A stretch of DNA of 31,951 nucleotides, taken from assembly GCA_034190465.1 (NCBI GenBank), contig JAXINV010000079.1:1-31951 (forward strand). Reading direction: 5' to 3'. The stretch comes from Candidatus Asbonarchaeum danakilense (GTDB lineage Archaea; Nanohalarchaeota; Nanosalinia; Nanosalinales; Nanoanaerosalinaceae). The translations under genes and the position numbers were made by a program. The notes under the pieces are model-generated. The model saw only the letters and a list, made by a program, of their open reading frames with translations, was not told the origin of the DNA and made no database searches. Numbering within the stretch: position 1 is the first letter of the stretch; the number at the start of each line of letters is the position of its first letter. Of this stretch, positions 1-9,274 are shown piece after piece.

Positions 1-100
1 CGGACGCCGCACTTCCACTTCGCTCCGGTGCGGGAACCCTCGTTCCCTTGCGGGAAGCACGGTGCGCCGCATCTTGTTCTGTCGTACCGGCAGCTGTCCG
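1..100 (-). ncRNA. candidate structured RNA or 5' leader (may continue beyond the window start)
   Basis: Minus strand starts about 25 nt from the TTTATAAAA box (125-133). 5' CGGAC-A-GCUGC pairs with GCGGC-GUCCG at the window edge. Internal CCGGU/ACCGG stem and UUCCC-GCAA-GGGAA (GNRA tetraloop). Confidence 0.5.
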
Positions 101-124
101 GAAACTGGCCGGATAAGGCCGCTG

Positions 125-133
125 TTTTATAAA
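125..133. promoter_or_regulatory. bidirectional TATA box
   Basis: TTTTATAAA lies about 24 nt before GTG 157 (+) and about 25 nt before the minus-strand structured segment. Confidence 0.65.
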
Positions 134-156
134 CCGGGCGTGCATGTACTGTTGGC

Positions 157-1098
157 GTGTCACGGGAGCAACCCGCTGTCGGCGTCCTCTGGAACAAAGA
201 CATCAACTTGGCCGGTGACGCGCCGTTCGAACGCGAGGTCAAGAACGCTGATTATCGCACCTTCACCGAGCTCGCCAGCCAGCGCGGTCTGACGATCTAC
301 GTCGCCAGGTTGGAATGGTACAGCGGCAGCCGGCTCAGACGTGCCTGGCGCTGGGAGGACGGCTGGGAGACCGTCGACGATGTGCCGCTGGATCTTGTCG
401 TGGACAAGTTCGCATTCACCGACGCCACCGCCACGGTCAAGCAGGCGATCGAGGACGATATCGGCACGATGAACAGATACCGGCTCAAAGAGCTGTGCCG
501 TGACAAATGGGAAACATACCAGTTGTTCGAGGACTACATGCCGGAGACACGGCAGGCGACCCGGGAGAACATTGCGGCGATGCTGGAAAAGTACGACAGG
601 GTCGTCTGCAAGCCGCGGTACGGTGCTGGCGGCGAAGGCATCCAGGTCATCGACGACACTGAGGAGTTCGAGCCGGAGGACGACCTGCTGGTGCAGCGCT
701 ACATCGAGCTGGACGGCATCCAGGCGCTGGACGTTGACGGGCCGCACGACCTCCGTGTCGCGGTCGTGGACGGCGAGGTCGCTGTCAGCTATGTCAGGAC
801 GAACGACGAAGGTCAGCTGGCGAACATCAGCCAGGGCGGTGGCGAGCTGGTCTACGTCGACCGGGAGGAGCTCCCGGAAGCGGTGCATGCTATCGTCGAG
901 AGGACGGTCAGGGAGTTCGAACGGTTCCAGCCGTGTCTCTACACCGTCGACTTCGTGTTCGGTCCTGACGAGCAGCCGTACCTGATCGAGCTCAACACCA
1001 AGCCGCCGTTCGGCTACCACCGTGAGATCCAGGAGGCCGAACGTGAACGGCCGCTGATCGACGGTATCCTGGACATCATCGAGGAACGCACCGGCTAG
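157..1098 (+). CDS. ATP-grasp ligase (RimK/YheCD-like)
   Basis: Motifs DKWETYQ, VVCKPRYGAGGEGI, LLVQRYI, HDLRV, ANISQGGG and TVDFV...YLIELNTKP. Acidic composition. Confidence 0.85.
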   Translation: MSREQPAVGVLWNKDINLAGDAPFEREVKNADYRTFTELASQRGLTIYVARLEWYSGSRLRRAWRWEDGWETVDDVPLDLVVDKFAFTDATATVKQAIEDDIGTMNRYRLKELCRDKWETYQLFEDYMPETRQATRENIAAMLEKYDRVVCKPRYGAGGEGIQVIDDTEEFEPEDDLLVQRYIELDGIQALDVDGPHDLRVAVVDGEVAVSYVRTNDEGQLANISQGGGELVYVDREELPEAVHAIVERTVREFERFQPCLYTVDFVFGPDEQPYLIELNTKPPFGYHREIQEAERERPLIDGILDIIEERTG

Positions 1099-1099
1099 C

Positions 1100-2734
1100 T
1101 CACGACGGGTTCTCCAGCAGCAGTGCGAAATGCTGGTCAGCGCTGTAGGTCAGTTCGGTCAGGCCGTACGGCCGTTCGATGTCCCGGTGACCCTTCTTCT
1201 CGACCGGGAGCTCGGATTCGTCGGTATTTTTCGTGCTGTACAGCTGTGCGACACCGATCCTGTCGCCTGAACCGCCACCGACCCTGCCGTCGTTCCTGCC
1301 GGCGACCACGTAGTCGAAGCCGTTTTCCAGGCCGTAGGCGATGCTCGCCAGGCCCATGACTGGGAGCGCGTCACCGAATTCCTCGAAGTTGCAGGCGCTG
1401 TCCGGGTGGCCGCCCTCCTGACCGTCCTTGTACTGCATCCCCAGGTTGTCGATCGCGAATACGTCGTCTCCATCAGCGTCCAGGTGGAAGGCGCGGGCCA
1501 TCCCGATCCATTCGTCCTCATCGTCTCGCCTGACACCAAGGATCGTGGTGAACGGGTCGTCCGCCAGGTCCTCGTAGTAGTCGGTGGCGTGCCGCCGGCA
1601 GTTGCCGATGTCCTGGGCCGCCTGCTGCATCTCGTCAGGGTTGTCGATCTTGTAGACCTCGTACGGCATGTCGGCAGTACCCCAGTGTCGTTCCAGCGCG
1701 GCAAGTGTCTCATCCACGCGGAACCGTTCGATGGCGTTCCTGTAGCCGTCCTGCAATGCCTCCAGCTCGTCCTTTGAGGCGTCCGCCGCTCCTGTTGCGG
1801 CCCGCTGGATGTCCTTGCCGACCGCTTCCTGCAGTTGGTCGGCTGCCGCCCGCTGGACGGAGGGATGGCTGCTGTCCCACCGGACACCCATGACCGTCTC
1901 GCCGGCTTTGCTCTCCATCGCGGCCAGACTCCCGGGAAGCCCGTTCTCGACCTGCTCCGGGCTGGCCTCGGCTGTCAGCCGTTCGCCCTCGATCATCGCG
2001 GCCGCTGCTTCGTCGTATTCAGTTACCGTCGCCTCGACATCGTCGGCCATCCGCCGGACGAGGTGGCGCTGGATCGCCCGCGGGTCGAGCTCCGCGCCGT
2101 CGTACACCTTCTCAACGCCGTCCCGCAGCCGGTGGGTCGGCAGGAGGTCGTCGACAGTCTCCTCCACTGCATCGTGTGCCAGGTCGTCGACCCGGTCGTT
2201 GTAGAACATGTGGTCCTTGACGTACCGTTCCTCCGCGGCGTCGACGATGGCCGGCCGGATCTCGTCGATGAGATCGCTGCCACGGGCTCCCAGTTCCTCG
2301 GTGAGCGCGTCGTGGATCGCCGCAGGACTTGCATCGACCTCGCTGGCCGCGACCTCGAGCAGCCGGTCGGCGGTGACGGCGTCCTGGACGGCGTCCTCGT
2401 ACTCGTCCCTGAACGTCTCGCGTCGCTCTGCCTTGCTGGTGCCGCGGTCGGACGGCAGGCCTGCCCCTGTCGTGTCCGGCGTGGTCGTCACCGGGTCGAT
2501 CGTCTTCAGCTCCGTGTTGGTCTCCTTCTCGTAGCCTGTCTCCATCGTCTCGTAGAACGCGTCGTCATCGAGCCCAGACCCGTCGAACGTGTAGCCGTTG
2601 ATCGTCTCCTCGAGGTCGGTGCCGTACACCCCGTCATCGTCGTCGAACAGGGTTTCGGTGTCCTTCAGGTATTTGTCAGCGAGCGTGTCCCGCTCCTCAT
2701 CGTCATCGTCGCCACCGAAGAGGTCGTCCAGCAT
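1100..2734 (-). CDS. acidic hypothetical protein, possible C-terminal GNAT-like/PcfJ-like domain
   Basis: 544-aa ORF with halophilic composition. TATA-like TTTTTAAT at about 2760-2767 gives a leaderless start. The domain call is only a motif resemblance (DIGNC...DP..TILGV...IGMARAF...FAIDNL). Confidence 0.6.
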   Translation of the reverse strand: MLDDLFGGDDDDEERDTLADKYLKDTETLFDDDDGVYGTDLEETINGYTFDGSGLDDDAFYETMETGYEKETNTELKTIDPVTTTPDTTGAGLPSDRGTSKAERRETFRDEYEDAVQDAVTADRLLEVAASEVDASPAAIHDALTEELGARGSDLIDEIRPAIVDAAEERYVKDHMFYNDRVDDLAHDAVEETVDDLLPTHRLRDGVEKVYDGAELDPRAIQRHLVRRMADDVEATVTEYDEAAAAMIEGERLTAEASPEQVENGLPGSLAAMESKAGETVMGVRWDSSHPSVQRAAADQLQEAVGKDIQRAATGAADASKDELEALQDGYRNAIERFRVDETLAALERHWGTADMPYEVYKIDNPDEMQQAAQDIGNCRRHATDYYEDLADDPFTTILGVRRDDEDEWIGMARAFHLDADGDDVFAIDNLGMQYKDGQEGGHPDSACNFEEFGDALPVMGLASIAYGLENGFDYVVAGRNDGRVGGGSGDRIGVAQLYSTKNTDESELPVEKKGHRDIERPYGLTELTYSADQHFALLLENPS

Positions 2735-2766
2735 CGTACCACGTACTTACTCAGCAGCCTTTTTAA

Positions 2767-2786
2767 TTGTTACTCTTGAGTGACAA
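2767..2786. promoter_or_regulatory. imperfect palindrome (candidate operator) abutting a TATA box
   Basis: TTGTTACTC-TT-GAGTGACAA: 9-bp arms with one mismatch. Confidence 0.45.
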
Positions 2787-2862
2787 AAATAGATGGTCGC
2801 GGCGAGAAGGTTGTAGAGGCTGCCCTTCTGTTCGTCGACAGAAATGGGGTGTGTCGGCGGGT

Positions 2863-3471
2863 TCACTCCGTGTAGACGCCGACGCCGTCGTACGGCTCTT
2901 CGAGCGGTGTTGTGGAGAAGTTGCCCAGCGCCCACTGCAACCGTTGCTCGTCGCCCGACACCGGGATGGCGTGGATGCGTCCCATGTAGATGCCTGCCGC
3001 GACCTCCTCGGGGTAGAACCTGCTGGTGTTCCTGAGTCCTCTGCCCCAGTAGACCCGCAGATCGCCGCCGTACCTGTCCATGAAGTCCTGATCCGCGTAC
3101 GCTCTGCCGACGAAGGTGCTGTCGGCCGCGTCATACAGGGGGACGACGATCGCTTCGGGGACGCTGTTCGTCGGGTCCAAGGTCCGTGTGACGTTCAGCA
3201 CGACCTGGCCGTCGACGGTCTTTGACCCTATGATCTGCTCGTCGAAGTAGATGCCGTTCGCGAAGAACTGGGTCAGCACAGGGGCGTGGTATTCGAGCGT
3301 GTACGCGCTCTCGAACTCAGCCGTCCCGTTGCCGGCGAGCAGGGTGGCGTTGAGTATTGCTGTACCGTCATGCATCGTCACACCTGGTGTCCCGGTTGTA
3401 CCAGTGCCGCCAAGACAGCCGGCCAGCACTGCCGCCCCGACAAGGACCGTCACAGAGACGCGATCCTCCAT
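2863..3471 (-). CDS. putative lipoprotein / secreted protein
   Basis: ATG 3471 gives MEDRVSVTVLVGAAVLAGC (lipobox LAGC), followed by a Thr/Gly linker and several NxS/T sequons. Confidence 0.7.
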   Translation of the reverse strand: MEDRVSVTVLVGAAVLAGCLGGTGTTGTPGVTMHDGTAILNATLLAGNGTAEFESAYTLEYHAPVLTQFFANGIYFDEQIIGSKTVDGQVVLNVTRTLDPTNSVPEAIVVPLYDAADSTFVGRAYADQDFMDRYGGDLRVYWGRGLRNTSRFYPEEVAAGIYMGRIHAIPVSGDEQRLQWALGNFSTTPLEEPYDGVGVYTE

Positions 3472-3536
3472 GGTACCGGTCGAAAAATGATCGGCGGCTG
3501 GCTTAAATAGGTTTTGGCGGCCGCCCAACGGCCGTC

Positions 3537-5780
3537 TCACGTATCCTGATCGGGCAGCTTCCGGTCCAGGAAGTCCAGGATCGTCGCGCCGTCCTGCTTG
3601 TCCAGATGCTGGTTGGCGTTGCCGCAGGTCGGGGAGTAGACGCAGGCGTCACAGCCCTCCTCGCAGTCGCAGCCGTCCACGGTCTCCAGGCCCTCCTCAA
3701 CGATCGTCGCCAGGATGTCGAACGCCTCGTCCACCAGGCCGACCCCTCCCTCGTGTCCCTCGTGGATGAAGATCGCCGGGCCGCCGGTGTAGCCGTGCAG
3801 CTCGGTGGAGAGTCCTCCCAGGTCATGGTTCCGATCGCAGAGGACGTGCAGCGGCATGACGCCGATTATCGCGTGCTCCGCCGCGTGCAGGCCGTCGCCC
3901 AGCGTGTCGACCTCCTTCGGCGTGCCTTTCAGCTTGAAGCCGATCGCCTTGGTCCGGAACGAGAACGGCAGCTGCCGGTCCGGCGCGTAGTCGTGCGTCG
4001 CGATGGTCTCGTTCGTCGACTTGTCCCGCTCGAAGTAGCCGGTCACGTTGCCGTGCACCGTCACGTCGGCCAGGAACACGTCCACCCGGTCGCCCTCCCG
4101 CCGCTCCAGCTCCTCGTTGACCTCGATCTGCTTGTCCTTCTGCGGCTTGGTGTAGTAGCTCAGCCGTTGCCGCTTCCGCTCCAGCGTGACCTGGTCCCTG
4201 TCCGTGTCGAACGCCTCGACCCGGTACTGCCTGCCGCCGTGCAGGTAGATCGCCTCGGGATACACGTCCTTGATCGCGTCGCCGTACGAAAGGGTGGTCA
4301 GCGTCTTCCCGCTCGACGTGTTCAGGTAGATCGTCCGGTCGTCGATGTTCCGCAGGTTGAACGGCTTGCCCTTCGCCTCGTCGGTCGGCATCCACCGCCT
4401 GCCGCCCTGTTCGATCAGTCCCGCCTCCGCAGCGCTGAGCAGCCCTTCCTGGAACCGGCCGAAGTAGTCGTCGTCCCGCTCCGTGACCGGCCGCTCCACT
4501 GCCGCCTGCGCGATGTGCTGCGGCAGGATCTCGGTGTTGGAAGGATTAACTTTCGCGCTCTCCGGTTCCGCGAACAGCTCGTCGGTGTTCGCCGCGATGT
4601 AGTGGTCCAGGTTGTCGCTGCCCGGCACCAGGAACACGTGGCTCTCCTCCTCGCCCCGGCCGGCCCGGCCTGCCTGCTGCTGGACCTGCATCCGGCTGCC
4701 GGGGTAGCCGTCGATCACGACCGCGTCCAGCGAGCCGATGTCCACGCCCAGCTCCAGCGCTGTCGTCGACCAGACGCCGAGCAGCTCGCCGCTCCGTATC
4801 TTCCGCTCCACGGTCCGGCGCTCGTCGTCGCTCAGCGCGGCGTGGTAGGCCCGGATCTTGTCCGCCAGCTCGGCGCGTTCCTCCTCGCGGAGGTCCTGGG
4901 TCAGGTTCCGTGCGTACCGCTCCGAGGTCTGGCGGGCGTTGGTGAACGCGAGGGTCTGGACGTCGCGCTCCACGAGGTTCTGCATGATCTGCTTGCTGAC
5001 CGGGTGCGGGGAGTCCTGGTTGTCCGCGATCACCCACCGCTTCTCCCCTGTGGCGCTGCTGTCCTCGTCGATGCCGTGCCAGTCCTCGGTCCCTGTCACT
5101 TTCCGCGCGTGCTCGACAGGGTTGCCGATCGTCGCTGAGCAGGCCACGATGTCAGGGTCGGCATCGAAGTGGTCCAGGATCCGCTGCAGCCGCCGGAAGA
5201 CGAGGGCGACGTGGCTGCCGAACACGCCGCGGAACTCGTGCAGCTCGTCGACCACGATCAGGTCCAGGCTGTTGAACAGCCACGACCAGGTCTGCTGGGT
5301 GGCGTAGGGGAGGAGGGAGTAGTGCACCATGTCGATGGTGGTCAGCAGCATCCTGGGCCGCTGCTCCCTGACCTTCCGTTTCTCGCCCCGGTCGAGCTGC
5401 CCGGTGTAGCTCTGGACCGCGCCGGGCGCCATCCCAGCGGCCTGGACGTAGTCCCGCAGGGTCTCTGTCTGGTCGTTGATCAGTGCCCGCATCGGTGCGA
5501 TGTATAGCGTCCGTTTGCCGTCCAGTGCCCGTTCCAGCGCGGGGATGGTGTAGACCAGTGACTTGCCGGAGGCGGTTGGGGTGGAGAGGATGACGTTGGA
5601 TCCGTCGTCCAGCGCGTCCAGTGCCTCCTGCTGGTGCTGGTACAGCTTCGTGATGCCGTGCTGTTCCAGTGTCTGTTCGACCTGGTCGTTGAGGTCGTCG
5701 GTGCCGGCGAACGTGCCGTCGGTGGCGTCCTTGGTTATCGTGTCCTTGAGCGGGCCGGGGACGATCTGTCGTGGATCCAT
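3537..5780 (-). CDS. DEAD/DEAH-box helicase with C-terminal DUF1998 Zn domain (Hrq1/MrfA/SftH family)
   Basis: LYQHQ Q-motif, TPTASGKS, DELH, SAT, TTALELGVDIG, QQAGRAGR, HAAEH and CDCEEGCDAC..PTCGN. Start taken at ATG 5780. Confidence 0.92.
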   Translation of the reverse strand: MDPRQIVPGPLKDTITKDATDGTFAGTDDLNDQVEQTLEQHGITKLYQHQQEALDALDDGSNVILSTPTASGKSLVYTIPALERALDGKRTLYIAPMRALINDQTETLRDYVQAAGMAPGAVQSYTGQLDRGEKRKVREQRPRMLLTTIDMVHYSLLPYATQQTWSWLFNSLDLIVVDELHEFRGVFGSHVALVFRRLQRILDHFDADPDIVACSATIGNPVEHARKVTGTEDWHGIDEDSSATGEKRWVIADNQDSPHPVSKQIMQNLVERDVQTLAFTNARQTSERYARNLTQDLREEERAELADKIRAYHAALSDDERRTVERKIRSGELLGVWSTTALELGVDIGSLDAVVIDGYPGSRMQVQQQAGRAGRGEEESHVFLVPGSDNLDHYIAANTDELFAEPESAKVNPSNTEILPQHIAQAAVERPVTERDDDYFGRFQEGLLSAAEAGLIEQGGRRWMPTDEAKGKPFNLRNIDDRTIYLNTSSGKTLTTLSYGDAIKDVYPEAIYLHGGRQYRVEAFDTDRDQVTLERKRQRLSYYTKPQKDKQIEVNEELERREGDRVDVFLADVTVHGNVTGYFERDKSTNETIATHDYAPDRQLPFSFRTKAIGFKLKGTPKEVDTLGDGLHAAEHAIIGVMPLHVLCDRNHDLGGLSTELHGYTGGPAIFIHEGHEGGVGLVDEAFDILATIVEEGLETVDGCDCEEGCDACVYSPTCGNANQHLDKQDGATILDFLDRKLPDQDT

Positions 5781-5863
5781 GCGGTGGAAGACACGGCGCT
5801 CCCGATGCTTATTACGGTGACGGGTCGGACGTTCCGGCGCCTGTTCCACAACGAGTTTTTGTG

Positions 5864-5978
5864 TTGGCCGCGAATACAGGGATGGACGGACGGTGGCACC
5901 CCAGGGGAGGATCAGGGGCCTGTCGACGCGTTCATCCGTCCACCCCCGACCCCCGCAGGTTGTATCCAGGTTCCCAAT
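5864..5978 (-). ncRNA. candidate structured RNA
   Basis: GGAUACA/UGUAUUC, 13-bp GGGUGGACGGAUG/CGUCCGUCCAUCC and GGCCCC/GGGG(U)GCC stems. Three G-U pairs on the minus strand would be A-C mismatches on the plus strand. Confidence 0.5.
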
Positions 5979-6023
5979 CCTCCCGCTCCCTGGTTTCTGA
6001 AAGTACTGCTGAGGTGGTCCCTG

Positions 6024-6146
6024 ATGCCGTCACAGCACCGCGAATTCACGATGGATCTGGGCCTGCTCTGGAACCGGCTGGAGGAAACTGATAACCGGTT
6101 CGATCAACTGGTTCTGGACAACCTGGCGATGTTCCAGGAAGACTGA
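6024..6146 (+). CDS. small hypothetical protein (40 aa)
   Basis: MPSQHREFTMDLGLLWNRLEETDNRFDQLVLDNLAMFQED. GAGGTG SD-like motif upstream. The stop abuts the convergent ArsR gene. Confidence 0.5.
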   Translation: MPSQHREFTMDLGLLWNRLEETDNRFDQLVLDNLAMFQED

Positions 6147-6147
6147 G

Positions 6148-6675
6148 TCAGGCATCGAGCTGTGAGAAGACGTAGGAACTCCCGAGTGAGAAAAGGAGTA
6201 CGCAGGTGAGGACGACGAGCCCGACACCCAGCGCTTCCGGAGGGAGCAGCGGCGCCTGGTTCGCACCCTCATGCGCAGCCCCACCAGCGTCCAGCGTTCC
6301 GATGGCGGCTTGTGCTGTCTGCTCTGCCTGGGAGGCTGCACGCTGCCGGATGAAGGTCAGCGCTGTTCCGAGCAGCAGTATACCGGAGACGATTGACGAG
6401 GCGACGGAGAACTTGATTTTGCGTTCCCGCCCCTTGACGATAGTCTTCGCCTTCGAGGTGGGGTGGTAGAGGACACGACGTCGACCCTCCTCTTCATCCT
6501 TCTCCACGAGCCCGGCATCGACGAGGATGGAGAGGTGGGAGGCGATGGTTGACTTGCTCTTGCCCAGGTCGTCGCTGAGCGCTGTCGGGGTCGCTTCCTG
6601 GTCCAGCAGCCGGTCGAGTATCTTGATCCGGGTCGCTGAAGACAGGGCCTTGATCGTGGCGAAGGTCAGTTCCAT
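6148..6675 (-). CDS. ArsR-family wHTH regulator with C-terminal transmembrane segments
   Basis: KALSSATRIKIL...TPTALSDDLGKSKSTIASHLSILVDAGLV followed by two hydrophobic helices. Confidence 0.85.
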   Translation of the reverse strand: MELTFATIKALSSATRIKILDRLLDQEATPTALSDDLGKSKSTIASHLSILVDAGLVEKDEEEGRRRVLYHPTSKAKTIVKGRERKIKFSVASSIVSGILLLGTALTFIRQRAASQAEQTAQAAIGTLDAGGAAHEGANQAPLLPPEALGVGLVVLTCVLLFSLGSSYVFSQLDA

Positions 6676-6708
6676 GTGGTATCCTCTGGTGCCTCTATTT
6701 TTTAGTCC

Positions 6709-7314
6709 TCATCCTTCGTTCAACTGAGGTCGAACAGGTTCCAGGTGTTCCGTGAGGTTGGACGCCTCGATGTTCCGCTGGTCGTCGATGATGTTGACAC
6801 AACAGTTGTCCTGGTCGATGTAATACGCCTTCCGCGGTGACACGCCCTGGATGTGGGCCAGGTAGACCCTGTTGACCCCGCCATGGGCCACGATACAGAT
6901 GTCGCGGTCGTGCCGGTCGATCAGGTCGTCGATGGCGGGCACGACACGCGCCGCCAGATCGTGGTAGTCCTCGCCATGCCTATCCTCCCAGGCGGGCCGG
7001 CTGATACCTTTCTCCTCGAGCTCGGCGTCGATGTCGTCGTAGTGCATCCCGGTGCCGAGGCCGCGGTCGGCTTCCTTCAGGTCACTGATCGCGGTGGGCC
7101 GCATCCCATGCCGCTCCGCGACGATCCGTGCTGTTCGGTAGGAGCGGAGCAGTGTGCTGCTGTAGATCGCTGCGAAGTCTTGCTTTGCGAGGAAGTCGGC
7201 CAGCTGCTCGGCCTGTCGCTGTCCTGTCTCCGTCAACCTGGAGTCGAACTGGCCCTGGGTCCGTGGCTTCCGGTTGTAATGTGTCTCACCGTGCCGGCAG
7301 AGGTAGCACCACAT
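6709..7314 (-). CDS. histidine phosphatase family protein (PGM/CobC-like)
   Basis: RHGET, SSTLLRSYRTA, LKE and VAHGG motifs. TTTAAA at 7342-7347 supports a leaderless ATG 7314. Confidence 0.9.
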   Translation of the reverse strand: MWCYLCRHGETHYNRKPRTQGQFDSRLTETGQRQAEQLADFLAKQDFAAIYSSTLLRSYRTARIVAERHGMRPTAISDLKEADRGLGTGMHYDDIDAELEEKGISRPAWEDRHGEDYHDLAARVVPAIDDLIDRHDRDICIVAHGGVNRVYLAHIQGVSPRKAYYIDQDNCCVNIIDDQRNIEASNLTEHLEPVRPQLNEG

Positions 7315-7415
7315 CGTGCCAGAGGATGCACGTTTCACAGCTTTAAACCTGTTGTTCCCCGGCCCACCAGCTATTTGTACCGGCGGCCCGCATCGGAAGC
7401 TACGGTGCGTAACGG

Positions 7416-8930
7416 ATGACTGAGGTCTACAAGAACTTCATCGACGGTGAATGGGTCAAATCAGCTTCTGGCGAAACGTTCAAATCGAAGGAACCCGCCG
7501 ACCGGAGCAAGGTCCTCGGCGAGTTCCAGCGGTCAAATGAGGAGGACGCCCGACGAGCCGTACAGGCGGCTAACGATGCGCAGGAGGAATGGGAGGGCAT
7601 GTCACGCATCGAACGTGCTGAATACCTGGAGGAAGCGTTCAAGATACTGGAGGAACGGACCGACGAGCTGGGCGAGCTTGTCTCCCGTGAATGTGGCAAG
7701 GAACTGTCCGAGGGCAAGGCGGACGTGGTCGAGGCCACGCACATGCTGCAGTACGCGTTCGGCAACGCCCGCCAGCCCACTGGCGAGGTCGTGGAGTCGG
7801 AGATCCCGTCGAAGGACTCCTACGTCCACCGCCAGCCGGTCGGTGTCGTGTCATCGATCACGCCGTGGAACTTCCCGATCGCGATCCCGATCTGGTTGAT
7901 CGCGATCCCGCTGGTGGAGGGCAACACGGTCGTGTTCAAGCCCGCGGAGCAGACTCCGAAGTGTGGTGTCAAGCTGATGGAGGTGTTTGAAGAAGCGGGT
8001 ATCCCGGACGGCGTCATCAACATGATCACCGGTTACGGCGACGCCGGTGCGGAGATGGTCGATGATGAGAATGTTGACTCCGTGCTGTTCACCGGCTCGG
8101 CCCAGGTCGGTGAACAGATCCAGTGCGATGTCGCCGAGCAGGGCGGCAAGCAGTGCGCCTGCGAGATGGGCGGCAAGAACGCGATCATCGTGACGGAGGA
8201 CGCGGACATGGACATCGCGGTGCACTCGGCGATCATGTCGGCGTTCAAGACAACCGGCCAGCGGTGCGTGTCCGCGGAACGACTGATCGTGCACGAGGAC
8301 GTGATCGACGAGTTCCAGGAACGGTTCGTCGCGGCGGCTGAAAAGATCAACTACGGCCACCCTGTGGAGGACAACGTGTTCATGGGTCCGATGGTTGACG
8401 AGGACCAGGTCGAGAAGACGAAGTACTGGAACCAGGTGGTCCGGGACATGGACGCTGCCGAGGTCCTGGTCGACCGCGAGGACGACCTTGATGCCTCCCA
8501 CGAGGACGGCTACTTTGTCGGGCCGTTCGCCTACCGGATGGAGTACGACGAGGACGTGGACGTGCTGCACGATGAGGTCTTCGGCCCGCACGTCGCCCTG
8601 ATGCCGTACAGCGACTTCGATGAGGCGATCGAGATCCACAACTCGGTTGAATATGGCCTGGCGATGGCGATCTGCACGGAGGACTACCGGAAGGCCCGCC
8701 GCGCCCGCCAGGAATGCGAGGTCGGGCTGGGCTACGTCAACCTGCCGTCGATCGGGGCAGAGGTCCACCTGCCGTTCGGCGGTGTGAAGAAGTCCGGCTC
8801 AGGCATCGCGTCCGGCAAGGACATCATCCGCGCTGTGACGCACAGGATGGCCTGGACGGTCAACAACGAGAAGGACATCGAGATGGCCCAGGGCCTGTCC
8901 GCCGACATCTTCCGCGGCAGCGACGACTGA
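7416..8930 (+). CDS. NAD(P)-dependent aldehyde dehydrogenase
   Basis: ITPWNFP, FKPAEQTP, FTGS, EMGGKNA, GQRC (catalytic Cys), EVFGP and PFGGVKKSG motifs. Confidence 0.95.
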   Translation: MTEVYKNFIDGEWVKSASGETFKSKEPADRSKVLGEFQRSNEEDARRAVQAANDAQEEWEGMSRIERAEYLEEAFKILEERTDELGELVSRECGKELSEGKADVVEATHMLQYAFGNARQPTGEVVESEIPSKDSYVHRQPVGVVSSITPWNFPIAIPIWLIAIPLVEGNTVVFKPAEQTPKCGVKLMEVFEEAGIPDGVINMITGYGDAGAEMVDDENVDSVLFTGSAQVGEQIQCDVAEQGGKQCACEMGGKNAIIVTEDADMDIAVHSAIMSAFKTTGQRCVSAERLIVHEDVIDEFQERFVAAAEKINYGHPVEDNVFMGPMVDEDQVEKTKYWNQVVRDMDAAEVLVDREDDLDASHEDGYFVGPFAYRMEYDEDVDVLHDEVFGPHVALMPYSDFDEAIEIHNSVEYGLAMAICTEDYRKARRARQECEVGLGYVNLPSIGAEVHLPFGGVKKSGSGIASGKDIIRAVTHRMAWTVNNEKDIEMAQGLSADIFRGSDD

Positions 8931-8962
8931 CGTCGCTGCCCGTTTCTTCTCTTTTCTCTTTC
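8916..8962 (+). terminator. hairpin over the stop codon followed by a pyrimidine tract
   Basis: GGCAGCGACG-ACTGA-CGTCGCTGCC then TTTCTTCTCTTTTCTCTTT. Confidence 0.6.
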
Positions 8963-9270
8963 TCAGATCTTCTTGACCTTCTCCTGTTTCAGCACCAGCT
9001 TGACGAAGGCGTAGATCACCAGTGCGATGATGACGAAGTCCAGCATCGCGGCGAGCAGGTGGCCGATCCGGAGCTCGGCGCCAACGAGGGTGGCGGTGTA
9101 CTCCCGCCAGTTGCCGACAGGCAGCGCCAGCTCGATGAACGGCATGATGACGTCGTCCACCACGGCGTTGACCAGGTCCTTCGTTGCGTTGCCGATCACG
9201 ACGGCGATCGCCAGCCGACGATGCCGTACTCCCTGAGGAACTCGATGAAGCCCTGTGTCACGTCTTTCAT
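8963..9270 (-). pseudogene. mscL: large-conductance mechanosensitive channel MscL, one base missing at about 9214-9215
   Basis: ATG 9270 reads MKDVTQGFIEFLREYGIVG. The MscL TM1 motif LAIAVVIGNATKDLVNAVVDDVIMP continues in another frame. Restoring one base gives 102 aa. Confidence 0.8.
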
Positions 9271-9274
9271 GGTA

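Noticed and set aside
3537..5780. DISARM/Druantia-type defence system around the DUF1998 helicase
   Set aside because: No methylase, PLD nuclease or partner helicase is adjacent. A stand-alone Hrq1/MrfA repair helicase is more parsimonious.
5781..5849. N-terminal extension of the helicase in the ORF track
   Set aside because: Arg-rich and atypical. A TATA-like box at about 5809-5815 supports ATG 5780. Similar over-extended starts were trimmed for psmB, sepF, pcc1 and the lipoprotein.
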